DNA of 62,440 nucleotides, filler included, from Gonapodya sp. JEL0774 (GCA_027604505.1; 17 parts of 17 records of this genome joined end to end with filler, not necessarily neighbours in it); one strand, 5' to 3'. Positions 50,701-62,440 are shown, counted from the first letter of the whole stretch. Notes: a model not told the origin generated them from the sequence alone. Made by a program: numbers and translations.

Positions 50701-51839
50701 TCTCCCTCTTTCCCTGTTCTTCCTCCCTCCACCTCAATGTGGTGTGCATGTATCCCCCGACCCGTGACTCGCTCGTTCGGGTTAGATACTTCTTTGGTGA
50801 GTCCGGTCGCCAGTCTGTCGGTTGTGGATGTGATGTGTGGAACCGCGAACGGGGTCGGGTGCGCCTGTCGAGCTCTCCAAGTCATTGGGGGGGGGGGGGG
50901 GGGGGCGCGGCGGCCCGCCGCGGGGCGGCGCGGCCTCCGCGGCCCGCCCGCCGGGGGGGGGGGGGCCGCCCCCCCCCCTCACCTTTCCCCGGCACATTTC
51001 ATTCGCATATGTTGTTTCGACCATGCCCGAGGGAAGGATGAACCCTCACCCCGCCGACTTTGCTCACCTCTCTCCACTCCCCCCCACCTTCACCTTCACC
51101 TTCCACAACCCCTCAACGAACCCTCCACCCTCCACCTCCATCCAACCACGACTCGTTTCGTATATCTCAATTCTCAGTCAACACACCCTCGGGCCACACC
51201 ACCTGGGTACGTATCCGACCTGCCAGCCTGCCTTCCGACCCTACCATGCGTCCCCCGTCTCCCTCGTTTCGGCCCTTGTTCGCCTTGCTCTGACCCTCAT
51301 TCCCCCTACTCTTCGCTCCCACACCAGACCGACCCCCGCGGCCCCCCCCCCCCCCCCCACCACCCCCCCCCCCCCCCCCCCCGGCTCGTCCCCTCCGCCC
51401 CACCGACACCCCAGAACGGCCCACCCCCGCCCCCACCCCCCGCCCGGGTGTAAGGNNNNNNNNNNNNNNNNNNNNNNNNNNNNNNNNNNNNNNNNNNNNT
51501 TAATTAATTAANNNNNNNNNNNNNNNNNNNNNNNNNNNNNNNNNNNNNNNNNNNNGCAGTTGTTGGAAGCTCTAATGGTTCCCGAAGACAATCCAAGTTG
51601 ACAACAAGGACAAAGAGCGCCGCAGGTGTACCTGCCACACAGAGAAAAGTCCGTGACATCGATGTTTCGAGTAGTGAGACGATACTGAAATCCCGGGTAC
51701 AGGTAAGATTCAATAAAGCCGGTATATGAAACTTCAGGCTTTGTGAAAGTTTACACACTCTTGCTGCTTTCAGAAACCCGCTGCTTCAGATCACGCCACA
51801 GTAACTGGCCCGCCACATGCCCACTACCGGCAGACCGCA

Positions 51840-52415
51840 ATGCCGTCATTCGAAACCGAATGCACACTAACAGGTATCACCCCTCCGCCGCTGTCATCGT
51901 TTCGGAAAAGCCCCCCCGAGATATCGACTGACGCACAGAGAGCAACAAACCCGGCAAAAATCAAACCCACACGCTCCCATCATGTCAAATCCGGACATCC
52001 GCCCCGTCCACCGAACAGCTTTGTCCTGTACCGGCGAGATAAGCACCATGAAGTGACCCTCTCGTACTTCCAAAATGGTCAATCGATCACAAATATTCAA
52101 CTGTCCAAAATACTTGGTAAGATGTGGAGTGACGAATCGCCGGAGGTAAAGGATATCTATCGTATGAAGCAACAAGAGGAAGGCAAAAAGCACGCAGAAA
52201 TGTATCCTGACTACAAGTACTCTCCGAGGAAGGTGAAACCCAGACGAAGCAAGCGAGAATTCAACGAGGTGAGGTGGAAGGGAGTGCTTTCGCTCGCTTG
52301 TACACAATGCCGACTGACGTGAGCTGTGTCGCAGTACCCAATAAAGATCGACAAATATGTCAAGGCCGCTTCTGCTAGTTTACACCATGGAGAAGATCAC
52401 ATGTTTGACAAATGA
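51840..52415 (+). CDS. MATA-type HMG-box transcription factor (2 exons)
   Basis: HPPRPPNSFVLYRRDKH...NIQLSKILGKMWSDESPEVKDIY...HAEMYPDYKYSPRK. Intron 52269-52335. Confidence 0.9.
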
Positions 52416-53168
52416 TCTCTTCTGAAATCGGGCGATCAAGGCATGGTAGACGAGTCCGGTAGGCAATTTTGAAAGACTATCAGGACGGAGAACAAGTACT
52501 GGTTTTGCAGTTTTGTACATAAATATCAGAATTTGTTATGCTGGTATATATTGGTGTCCTGCACTTCAAGTGCCTCGATCCGGGTACATTTATAGACACA
52601 CATGCATGGTAACAGATATCCCTGAACTTCATCCAGCTTGTACTTGCGTTCATCCGTGATAAAGTTTGCTTAAGTTAAGTTGGCAATCCGTTTCCTGTAA
52701 ATTTCGGACTGGCACCGGATTTCCTCGCATTTCTGAACAGGTGCCTGGTCCAGGCAGTGGATCCGTCTCCAGCACCAGTTTTCCCACTTTTGGGAACCTG
52801 ATTGACGAAGCGACATTGTGGTTCAACGGCGCGCACTGCATTTGATATTGGTCAGTCAGCGTTACGCGGCTGGAGAGGGCGCTCTCATGCTTCCGCCTTG
52901 TTGGACGTCGCGACATTGTTCATTGGAACCCAGGGACAAACGGCACATGGAGCTCGGAACACCTTTGAAGAGGGTGCCAGCTTGTCCTTCTTCCATTATC
53001 TATCGTAATCCGAGCTCGCTGTCCATAGCGGGTCTTCTTCCCGGCTTCGCCTTCCCTGACATCAAGGATACACACATGTTCTGACCAAGCCCCTTCTACA
53101 GACCAAGCCTTTCAGTCCCGATTACCGACGAAAGTTTTTCAAATCTTTCTCAGATTGCACGTTGAATC

Positions 53169-54779
53169 ATGTCCGCTGGGCGGTCTATCAACGATAGCTA
53201 CGAAAAACTGGAAAAAATTGGGGAGGGGACGGTGCGTGATTCCACCCTTTGCTCTTTTTGCCAGCCCGAAACCGCGTATCGCGTGTTGCATGGCGTGTCA
53301 CTAACGCACACTTATTCTCTTAACGCCCATTAGTACGGAGTCGTGTGGAAAGCGAGGAGCAAGGACACGAACAAGATTGTGAGTCACTACATTTCTATGT
53401 GAGGCGGTTTGGTTGTCCACAAGGTCAAACCCTTCGCTCTGGGCTATTCGGCACATGCTAGGTTGCCATGAAGAAAATTAGGCTGGAGACAGAGGATGAA
53501 GGAGTTCCTTCCACTGCTATTCGAGAAATTTCGCTCCTCCAGGAGTTACGCCGAGTAAACAGCCAGAATGTGGTCCAGTACGTACTCGATTTTATAATTT
53601 CAGTCGAATTTTATCAATTCGACTTTCGGTCCGTTTGGCTTTAGGCTCCTTGAAACTGTCCACAATGACGCGAAACTCTACCTTATTTTCGAATTCCTGG
53701 ACATGGATCTGAAGAGGTTCATGGACAAACAAGAGCGTGATATTACCCCAGATCTCATCAAGGTACGCATCGATGCCAACTCACACGTTGAGCGTCCTCT
53801 CTGGCTGTTGACCAACACGTCTTTTATATCGGCTTTGCACCTTTCACTCCGTGCAGCGCCTTCTCCGCCAACTCATTCAGGGCCTCGAAAGTTGTCACGA
53901 GCGCCGTATCCTCCATCGGGACCTTAAGCCACAGAACCTTCTCATTGACTCCCGAGGTACTCTCAAAATCGCAGACTTTGGACTCGCCCGAGGTTTTGGT
54001 ATCCCTCTACGAACTTACACACACGAGGTAGGTTGATTCTCGCAAGCAATATTGACTTACACGAGCTACGTAATGACTATTCCGGTCCTCGCCCAACCCA
54101 GGTGGTGACTTTGTGGTATCGTGCCCCAGAGGTCCTACTCGGCAGTCGCCACTATTCGACCGGATTGGATATGTGGAGCGTCGGATGTACGTATTGGCTG
54201 ACCTTTGAGGCCCGTCTTTGTGTTTTCACCTCGCCGTTTGGCATATTTCCCCAACGGTCGCCAGGTATATTCGCCGAAATGTGCAACCGGTCCCCTCTCT
54301 TTCCCGGCGACTCTGAAATCGACCAGTTGTTCCGAATTTTCCGGTATGTAGTGGTATCCAATGTCGTAGAGACGTGTCGAATGCCCCTCGCGAACTTTTG
54401 ATCGCAAAAACCTTCCATTCATAGAATCCTCGGTACCCCCACTGAAGCCGTGTGGCCGGGTGTGAGCAGCCTGCCGGACTACAAGGACACGTTCCCATCG
54501 TGGTCGAAGCGACCCCTGTCGGAATTCGTGAAGACGCTGGATGCTAACGGTCTGGACCTTCTCGAAGTGAGTGTCCATTGTAGGGCGACAGTGCGTCGTC
54601 GACATTCTCGGAGGGGGGCGGTTAGAGGGCGAACCTCTTTGCGATCTGATTTGGGATACGACGAATTTTCAATCACTAAACTTTGATCATTTTCCTCTCA
54701 GCAACTCCTCACCTATGATCCAGCCAAGCGAATTTCTGCTCGAAGAGCGTTGCTTCATCCTTACTTCCAGAACATGTAA
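53169..54779 (+). CDS. cdc2: Cyclin-dependent kinase CDK1/Cdc28 (many short introns)
   Basis: [66 protein letters not shown] and YDPAKRISA. Confidence 0.96.
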
Positions 54780-55912
54780 TCATCTGGCCATCTGGGTGGG
54801 CCAAATCGGGAGGGTTTTATTTGCATTTGGGTAATGTCAAAAGGAGTGTAGCTTTCGATGTACCATCACAATTCGAGATGTTCAGTCTTCATGGTACGCA
54901 ATTTCCTCTAAATGTCATCTCGGATAAGTGATGTGCAACTGTGCGCAAGCACACCTCAGCATACAGTGCTGGTGTTGTGTATATCGTATTCCAGTCAAAT
55001 CCGAGTTTCATACCAACCGAACACTCCGAAATGTCAAAGTCGGAAGACCGTCGTCCCCTCGTTGCGCCTACTGGGGACTCTGGATCGAGTCTTGGTATCC
55101 CTTCACAACAAGTTGCCATTGANNNNNNNNNNNNNNNNNNNNNNNNNNNNNNNNNNNNNNNNNNNNTTAATTAATTAANNNNNNNNNNNNNNNNNNNNNN
55201 NNNNNNNNNNNNNNNNNNNNNNGGAAACTCACTGGCCGTATTGGCCACCCATCATGATATCATTCACTACTGCTTGCTCGATTGTGGACATTGCTGGTGT
55301 CGGAAGGAAGAAGGATGAATGCAGATGTCGGCCGGGATCAGAACAAGATTGGATCGCCAAAGACTTGGTCAGCCAAAAGGTGAATGCCAACAACGGAATC
55401 CCAAAGTCCCACCGACCTTATAAAGATTTGTGGATGTGTTGAGTGTCCCGAGTACCAAAGGCGGTTTGATATACAGCGACTGGAGAAATTGAAATTTCTG
55501 TGCACCCGGTTTCTTCCGGTTTATGAAGGACCACCCAACGTGTTACAGTCAGCAGCGTCCCCATGATTCACGGAGGAGTCTGAGCATGACAATCTACTAT
55601 TGCAAAGTGCCGTGTGGTAGATTTTGCATGGTGTTGCCCATTCGCCGATGTTCGCAGCTGAAACATAGGCATTTGTTAGTTCTTACTGCGCACGAATCTT
55701 ATTCCTGTGAGCAGTTGGAGGTCAAACAATAATGAACCGCTGTTTTCATATCCTTGTGGAGTCCATACTGGTGGGCGTTTGTTTGATGCATCTTGCGAAA
55801 ATTGTCATACATGTTTTGTGCCATTTGCCTCTTCATGCTACCTTAGCTGAGTCAGTGCTGAGTCATTCCCAAAATCCCCTGATACAACGAAAATTCTTCA
55901 AGTCCAATTGCG

Positions 55913-56590
55913 ATGTCCGATCAATCGATTCCCGGTCCTGCTGCTTTTCGTCGCCGCGCTTCCCTCGGGCTCTCGGTCAACCCGGCATCGAATTCGAACC
56001 CGTCCCATCCGAACACACCAAACGCGCCAACTCCACCCATCACTCGTCGATATATCCCCGTCGATGAATCTGCATCGTACTCGGGAAAATCAGGAGGGTC
56101 GGAGACGACACTGAGGGTTGCGACACCGCAGATCGAAAGCATCATCAAGCCTGATGTTCCAGCACACGGAACGGAACTTCACGGCCCCGGAAGCGGGAGT
56201 AGCAGCAACAATATGTTGAAACAAGCTCTCACAAAGGGGGAGGAGAGCCCGAAGACGTTGTCTAGGGCGACTGAGGCTGTTGAGAAGCAGAGCGATGATG
56301 TCACCCTGAACGCACATACCGCCACGGGGAAACTCCACCATCCTCCTAACCACAAAGATCACCATCACGATACACGCCTCGTGGAGTCTCAACACTTTTA
56401 CGGCCAAGAAGTCTATGGAAAGGGCGTCTTGAGCTTCTCTGAGACGGGTACTCAGGGTACGGACTCTGGGCGTGAGGAAGATCCCCAGAAGAGTGGCAAG
56501 ACCAGAGCTCCTAACCATACCGGAAAGGTTCCCATCGGCTCGGACGGCTTAGTGGCTGAGCACAGGGGAGGGTACTTTGGAGTGGACTGA
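55913..56590 (+). CDS. Hypothetical low-complexity protein
   Basis: 225-aa intronless ORF with an ATG start. No recognised domain. Confidence 0.55.
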   Translation: MSDQSIPGPAAFRRRASLGLSVNPASNSNPSHPNTPNAPTPPITRRYIPVDESASYSGKSGGSETTLRVATPQIESIIKPDVPAHGTELHGPGSGSSSNNMLKQALTKGEESPKTLSRATEAVEKQSDDVTLNAHTATGKLHHPPNHKDHHHDTRLVESQHFYGQEVYGKGVLSFSETGTQGTDSGREEDPQKSGKTRAPNHTGKVPIGSDGLVAEHRGGYFGVD

Positions 56591-56904
56591 AACAATGACC
56601 GGCGGGACGTTGAGATGTTTTTTGCTACCTTCCAGGGTTGTCGTAGTGACAAACCGCATTCACAAAACGAGAGCCACTGCGTGCATTCTTTCTTGGCTCT
56701 AACAAGGAGGGTACGGACCTAGGAGCATGGTTTTATAGCCAGCCGCATCGAAGCGTTGGTGACAATCGTGCACAACCACAAGTTTCTTTTGTTTCAATCT
56801 GTACAGTATTTGCATTGCGCAGACATGACGTCTTGTAAAATGATCGTAATCGCTTTGGATAGGAGAAGGAAGAGGGTGCCGAGTTCGAGAGCACGCCGTC
56901 GCCC

Positions 56905-58620
56905 CTATTTGTAGAACGCCATAATACTCCTCTGAAATCCTAAACGAATAACAACACAGACCATATGTTCACTGAAAGTCCCGCCTCACACCGGTCCGGA
57001 CCAACTCCAACGATGCTCACCTTTCCCGCCACCACCTTCCCACAATTCTTCCATCTTTGAAAACCCAACTTCCTTGATGAGGTGGTTGGCGAACTGGTCC
57101 GGTCGCAGTTGGAGCTGTGTGTACGTGGAAGACGCGGACTGGAGTCACAGTACCGTCAGCAAATGGCATGAGCCGGTAATGAATCACAGCCGACCCAATT
57201 GTCCCAGTCCCGAACTCACACCGCCCATCACTCTCACTGCCTTGCCGTACGTCTCCCATTCCTGGGGCTCGAGCACCAACACTCCGCCCGGGTTGAGTGC
57301 GGCGAGACAGCGGCGGAAGAATCGGGTGAGACCATCGTCACCGTGGCGGAGGTGAATCCATTTTGTGAGAGAGAGACTGAGGCAGGGACGGGCGTGTGGG
57401 GTATAGATGAACGTCCGGAGTGCGGATGGGCGGATCGGCGAGAAACGGTGGGAGAAACCTACGCCAGTATCACGTCGTACGACGGTTCTTCCTCTGCCGC
57501 GTTGGCCATTCCACCATCGCCACTCCCAGCTCCATCAATTCGGGTGTCCGGCTCGGTTGCCCAGTCGGCAGCCCGGAAAGACACGTTGGATGGAAATGGA
57601 GTCTCGGTCGCCGATCCAAACTCGGTCGCCGATCCAAACTCGGTCGCCGATCCAAACTCGGTCGCTCTCCAAGAAACGCTCTTTACTATCGGTATGACTC
57701 CCATTTGCGCCACACAGCTGACGGGGAAGTATTCCAGATCCGCTGTTGCTGCGTACGCGGCCAAACCAGGCAGTTCTTCACTGGGGTCATCCAGCTCTTC
57801 TTCTTCAGGTTTCATAAGCGAGTAGACGTAGTTGGTGTACCGGCGGGCTTTGTAGATGAGTGTGGGGTCGATATCGACACCTTCAATGTGAGAGGGGTGG
57901 AAGAGGATGGCTTTGAATCGGTCGGAGAGTCGTACAACAGAATGAGTGGAAACAGGGACGGGACAGATCGCAAATAAGCAAAATAGAGCGCTATGTAATA
58001 GATTATTCAGATCTGGAATGTGAGTTCCCTGCCCACCTATTGGAACGGTCATCCCGCCAGCGTTACAACCCACATCCAGGACTCGTTTCCCCTTGAACCA
58101 GTTATCATCTACCATGGCTCGTGCCAGTGAACTCAAACTTTCTTTATCATCGGTGCTCACTGCCTCTTGCTGCAACAGTTTCGGTCCGAGAATGTTTGCT
58201 ATTCGAGGATCAAGTCTGGCCACGGCAAACGAGCCAGAATCGCCAGGATTCCGGTAGCCATAATACTGATCGTAGTTGCCGAATGGGAAGCGGCCCAGCT
58301 GGTCACGCGTAACGTATGCTTTTACCTCAAATGTGGGCGGTGAAGACACGACGCTGGAAACTCACCTTGCCCTGGTCCTGGCACCGACCCCTTCCACTCC
58401 CAGCATTCCCTCCCCTCCAGTTTCTGTCTCCTCTCCCTCTGCCACGACCTCGGTCGTCATGTTCACCCCCTCGTCCTGCGACATGAAACGCAATGCCACC
58501 ACGCCGACGGTTCGCGATTCCAAAAGAGAGATATGGATTCTCGTCAAAGTGAGCGAGATACGGGTTGGATGCACTTGTCGGAGCACTCGAGCCGTTGGTG
58601 GCAGGAGCGTGGTCTGTCAT
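56905..58620 (-). CDS. Bin3/MePCE-family RNA methylphosphate capping methyltransferase (spliced)
   Basis: FPFGNYDQYYGYR, VLDVGCNAG, GVDIDPTLI, FPSNVSFRAADW, YDVILA-LSLTKWIHL..GDDGL and PGGVLVLEPQEWETY. Confidence 0.92.
57603..57665. repeat. Coding 18-bp tandem repeat (3.5 copies)
   Basis: CTCGGTCGCCGATCCAAA three times plus a partial copy. Encodes ATEFGS repeats inside the Bin3 protein. Confidence 0.95.
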
Positions 58621-58882
58621 TGGTGTTTTGCGGAGTGCGGGATCATCGAAGATGAATTTGACCAGGTTTACAAAAACCACGCCAAATTTAAATGACTAGA
58701 AACCCCGCAAAGATCCCAAAATGGATCAATCAGCTGCGATTACCCGCAATGGTGGCGCCAATGTTCCTCGTCTCGACCCCGGNNNNNNNNNNNNNNNNNN
58801 NNNNNNNNNNNNNNNNNNNNNNNNNNTTAATTAATTAANNNNNNNNNNNNNNNNNNNNNNNNNNNNNNNNNNNNNNNNNNNN

Positions 58883-59467
58883 GGACCCTCGTCCCTCAAC
58901 CTTGCGGAACTGCAGCTGGCGTTTATTCTCATCTGCATTACCTTCTGGTTCCGACGACCAGCAGATATTGCTGCACTGTACGACGACGGTACAGTTGCAA
59001 CTGACTTGGAAATCACGCTGCGCTTTCATTACTTGAAGAAGAAGGGCTCGAACGCCAAGATCACATACCCACGTTTGTCGCCCACGGGTATTGACATTGG
59101 ACAAGTCATCCTTGAACTAAAACAACGAAAGGCTCTTTCCACAGGTCGAGAGCTCCCTTTTCTTTTACGAGGTCTTGGTGAAGCTGCGATAAACATCAAG
59201 CCTGGCACAGTATCCAAGATCACCAAGATAGCAATGCTCAGCATTGGCTACCCAGAAGAAGTGGCAGGTGCTTACGCTCTGTTGAAGAGTTCTTTCACCA
59301 CGGATGCGATGGAGCTTGACAGGACGAAGTCAGACTGGCGCCCGCTCATCAGGAACAGGTGGTCCACAGACACAGTTCCGAGGAACCACTACTATCATCC
59401 AGGCGCAAAGTTTGTGGAGCCGGTCAACAAAGTTGGAAACGTCGGATCAAAGAGTGGTGAGCATTGA
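58883..59467 (+). CDS. Tyrosine recombinase, C-terminal catalytic part (DIRS-like)
   Basis: Open from the contig edge: LAFILICITFWFRRPADIAAL (catalytic R box), HYLKKK (K), IKPGTVSKITKIAMLSIG, YALLKSS (at the HxxR position) and RWSTDTVPRNHYY (W...Y nucleophile). Confidence 0.72.
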   Translation, partial: GPSSLNLAELQLAFILICITFWFRRPADIAALYDDGTVATDLEITLRFHYLKKKGSNAKITYPRLSPTGIDIGQVILELKQRKALSTGRELPFLLRGLGEAAINIKPGTVSKITKIAMLSIGYPEEVAGAYALLKSSFTTDAMELDRTKSDWRPLIRNRWSTDTVPRNHYYHPGAKFVEPVNKVGNVGSKSGEH

Positions 59468-60060
59468 CAGTTTTCTTTGAGCTTTGGTAGTTGGCAGAGT
59501 CGGAGTCGGCAGCGTTGGATCCTGTCGGTAGCTGAGCACAGCGGAAGATGCTGCCAGGAGCCTAACGGGAGACCGACTCTGCCGTGCCAATCCCACCCAA
59601 CACCACCCGGCACGGTCAGAGTCACATCCTGATCCTCCGTTTCTACGAACCTCATCGGTTCCTTCTTCATTTATTTTCTGTTTTGCAGACCAGCGACGCG
59701 CTCCTCTCTCGAAGATAGCACAAGATGCCGTAGCAGCGACCCAGCAAGATTCAGACGCGGAGACCAACAGTTCCGTGGATCCTCTAGAGGACTGAGTAGG
59801 ATTGAACAAGTGGACTCATTTGGCTAGCTTCTCTCTCTGATGTTTAGGCGGGGAGACGTGGCATGTTGCCGAGTGGGGAGTGCAGAGTTTCACAGAGTGT
59901 ATACACGTGCGCACGGTTCACATGTCATTTACGTAGTTAGCTTTTGTACATTAGCCACGTTTTTAGGGGAGACGTAAATGGCATACCGAGTTGGCACGGC
60001 AGAGTCGGTCTCCCGTTAGGCTCCTGGCAGCATCTTCCGCTGTGCTCAGCTACCGACAGG
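58883..60060 (+). mobile_element. Right end of a DIRS-like tyrosine-recombinase retrotransposon (YR, ICR, right terminal repeat)
   Basis: The YR ORF is followed by 59521-59590, the exact 70-bp reverse complement of 59991-60060. This matches the DIRS internal-complementary-region geometry. Confidence 0.7.
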
Positions 60061-61170
60061 CTCACATTTACAAATTTAGAATTCTCAAATGGTCTATCGG
60101 CACGGCTGCTTGATGATCTTCTGCAACCGTCCAGAGAAAGTAGGTGTAATTACCCAGTGAAAGTAGAAAAGAAACAATGCTTTTACTATTTAGGTGCTTT
60201 AAGGAAGAGAGGAGACATGCTTAGAGAAAATGTGAGTTGTTGTAGCACTACTGCGTATATTTCACTGGCAGCTCAAATCACCAGAAGTCAATTCATTGTC
60301 CAACTGATTTGGAATGGAGCAGAGGACCAACAAATGGATCGTGTTTCAGAGTGGTTCAAACAGCACCTCAAGCTCCCTCGCTACTGCACCTTCACCGACA
60401 CGCGTAAGGAAAATTCCTTGAAAATACAATTGGGGAAGGTATATCTTGTGTTCCTGCTGATGGGTATGATCGTGCAAGACTTGTCTAACTCTGCTCCTAC
60501 TTATGCAGCTCACTCTTGAAGGAAAGCCAGACATCATGTTTAGTGCTCGAGGTGCCAGATTTGCTTTTGTGGAAGTAAAGAAGCCAGACCAATTTGCCAG
60601 TGGAGACTTTGAGGCTAAGGCATTACTTCTCCTGTATCACGAGAACCTTCAGCCTCTTCCAGGAATGGTCATATTGTCCGACCTTAGAGACCAATGGCGA
60701 CTTTATTGGATAGGTGATGATGGAAGAGGACACGAGTGCCTTTGTTGGTCAGATATTCCTTGCACAGTGGCACTTGCTTTGTTGGACGATACGGCACAGT
60801 ACAGTGAGAGCCTAATGTCTAGGCTTTCTGCCAAAATCACAGAAATTCCAGTATGTACTATCTTGAGTTTCTCCTCTGTGAGTATGATGAATACTAAGCG
60901 CACGACTGCTCCAAGGATCTTCCTCCCGGTCTCCCACGCGTGTTCACGGAGCGAAAACCTCTGGAACTTCCACCTTCAGAGGAGCTTGTAGCGGCTCTCA
61001 CTGACTGTTGGGACCACCCATTTGACGATGATAACAGCAGGCGGAGAAGGGCTCTCATCTACATGATGAGAGATGCGCTTCCATCACATCAACGCGAACC
61101 GTTTGATCTACTTGCGCAGAAGGGGACCTTTGGACTGGATTGGATGGACTCATCTTCAACGGATTCTTGA
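60061..61170 (+). CDS. Crinkler (CRN)-like PD-(D/E)xK nuclease-domain protein, 5' end missing or interrupted
   Basis: Spliced (intron 60439-60508): LEGKPDIMF...FVEVKK...EAKALLL...VILSDLRDQWRLYW resembles CRN restriction-endonuclease-like C-terminal domains. Stop at 61170. Confidence 0.65.
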
Positions 61171-62440
61171 TCGGTTTGATTGTCTTGCATCTCCGCAATC
61201 ATTTGAGAATGCGAAGAAGTGGGCTGTGGAGTTTATCTGCATGGGCGGGAATAGTCGGGACGGGATGACAGTGGAACTTCAGAGGGTTTACTGTCGGTGG
61301 TAGATTTTGAGCAGGGGGACTTTTCGAACTAATGTGTGGTCTTACATCACTAATACAGCAATGTGTATCACTTTATTCGAAAATTTTTTAACACAAACTC
61401 TCTCCACACTCTTTCTGGACTGAGCTCCGTCAGCGATTATTTGGGTTCATTTAGAAAGTGAATCGACGTTCTTCCTATACCCGATGATGTGGCGTTGGCA
61501 GGTCGAGTATGCTTGGGGACGTCCCCAAAGCCGAGTTCTGTCAGCAAAAACCGAGGCAAGGTGAACAAGACAAAAGGTGAAGCAGTAAGGGTCGAGGATC
61601 CCAAACTTGGTGTTGGCGCTTGCCGTTTTCAGCGACCCACAAAAGCACAATTTAATATCCACCCCTCCACCACCCACGTACCGATCGCACCGGCAAACAT
61701 CGAATAAAAAGCTACAGGGACAAAGCACCACCACCCGGGCCATATAGACTGAAATTGACCGAGGCCGGGGTACGTATCCAGCGAGGGGGATGGTTTGTAC
61801 CGATACTACCCACGGTGGAGTTTTTGCTGCGGTGTGAGAAATTATCTACGTACTAATATGTATGTACTAGATGTGTATGGATCAGCACTTCAGCACGGGT
61901 ATTGTACTAGTACATACCTGGCCCGGCCGACCGCGACTCCCGACTCACCGACTCATCGACAAGCGACCAGTCCCCGACGCTCTAGGAAGCGGATCTCAAT
62001 TTCTCACGGGCGGAAGTGGGACGGAATTTTTTTGGTGAATATCAGGGACACGGCGTACGCGTACGTTTGCTTGGGTCCGGACGGACCCGGCGTGACGTCT
62101 GAGAATCGTATAATCCGCGTGTGGCATACAAGTGCGAAGAAAATGGGGGTGAGTATCAGTACCGCAGAAGTGGAGTTTCTTCTGTTTTGGACAGCATTGA
62201 CGGTTTGTTAGTGAGGATTGGCAATCGTACTGAGCTGTATAACAATATCAGCTCTCTCCGTCCATCAATTTTGGACAAAGTCGATGGACACTCGCATATT
62301 CGCAGTTCACATTCAGAGTACATGAATCACGGAACACATTTCCGGTACAGGCAGAAAAAAATCGTGTGTGCAGGGATCAGAGTGGGCGCAGTTTTCAGGG
62401 CGGGGGCGACGCATCGAAAACGCGCCCAACAAAGAGGAAG

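Noticed and set aside
50886..51455. Poly-G/poly-C tracts and Pro/Gly-rich ORFs (possible G-quadruplex or formin-like protein)
   Set aside because: Near-pure G/C runs close to a contig end look like low-quality sequence, and the ORFs have no domain signal.

Overview
This is not one locus. It is 17 unrelated contigs of about 3.6 kb, sorted by decreasing length and joined by 100-bp artificial spacers (44 N + TTAATTAATTAA + 44 N). Gene content and many short GT-AG introns indicate a eukaryote. A zoosporic, early-diverging fungus is most likely; this is inferred from a CBM18 domain, a Crinkler-like gene and an F-box/ankyrin protein. Recognisable genes, several cut at contig edges: TVP23, NADP-isocitrate dehydrogenase, amidase, ankyrin protein, carboxylesterase-CBM18 fusion, VPS9-domain protein, hexokinase, annexin, Neverland/DAF-36-like Rieske sterol desaturase, UreD, TFB5, AP-3 delta, F-box protein, WS/DGAT, type II NADH dehydrogenase, PSMD5, class III aminotransferase, MYND finger, MATA-type HMG box, CDK1, Bin3/MePCE and a Crinkler-like nuclease. 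Mobile DNA: a spliced DDE transposase relic, a solo LTR with a 5-bp target-site duplication, decayed Ty1/copia pieces, and the right end of a DIRS-like element. That element has a non-canonical tyrosine recombinase and a perfect 70-bp inverted repeat, and it abuts the Crinkler-like gene. The most interesting items are this element, the spliced esterase-CBM18 fusion, and the animal-type sterol 7-desaturase homolog. All protein calls come from motif recognition by eye, not database searches.
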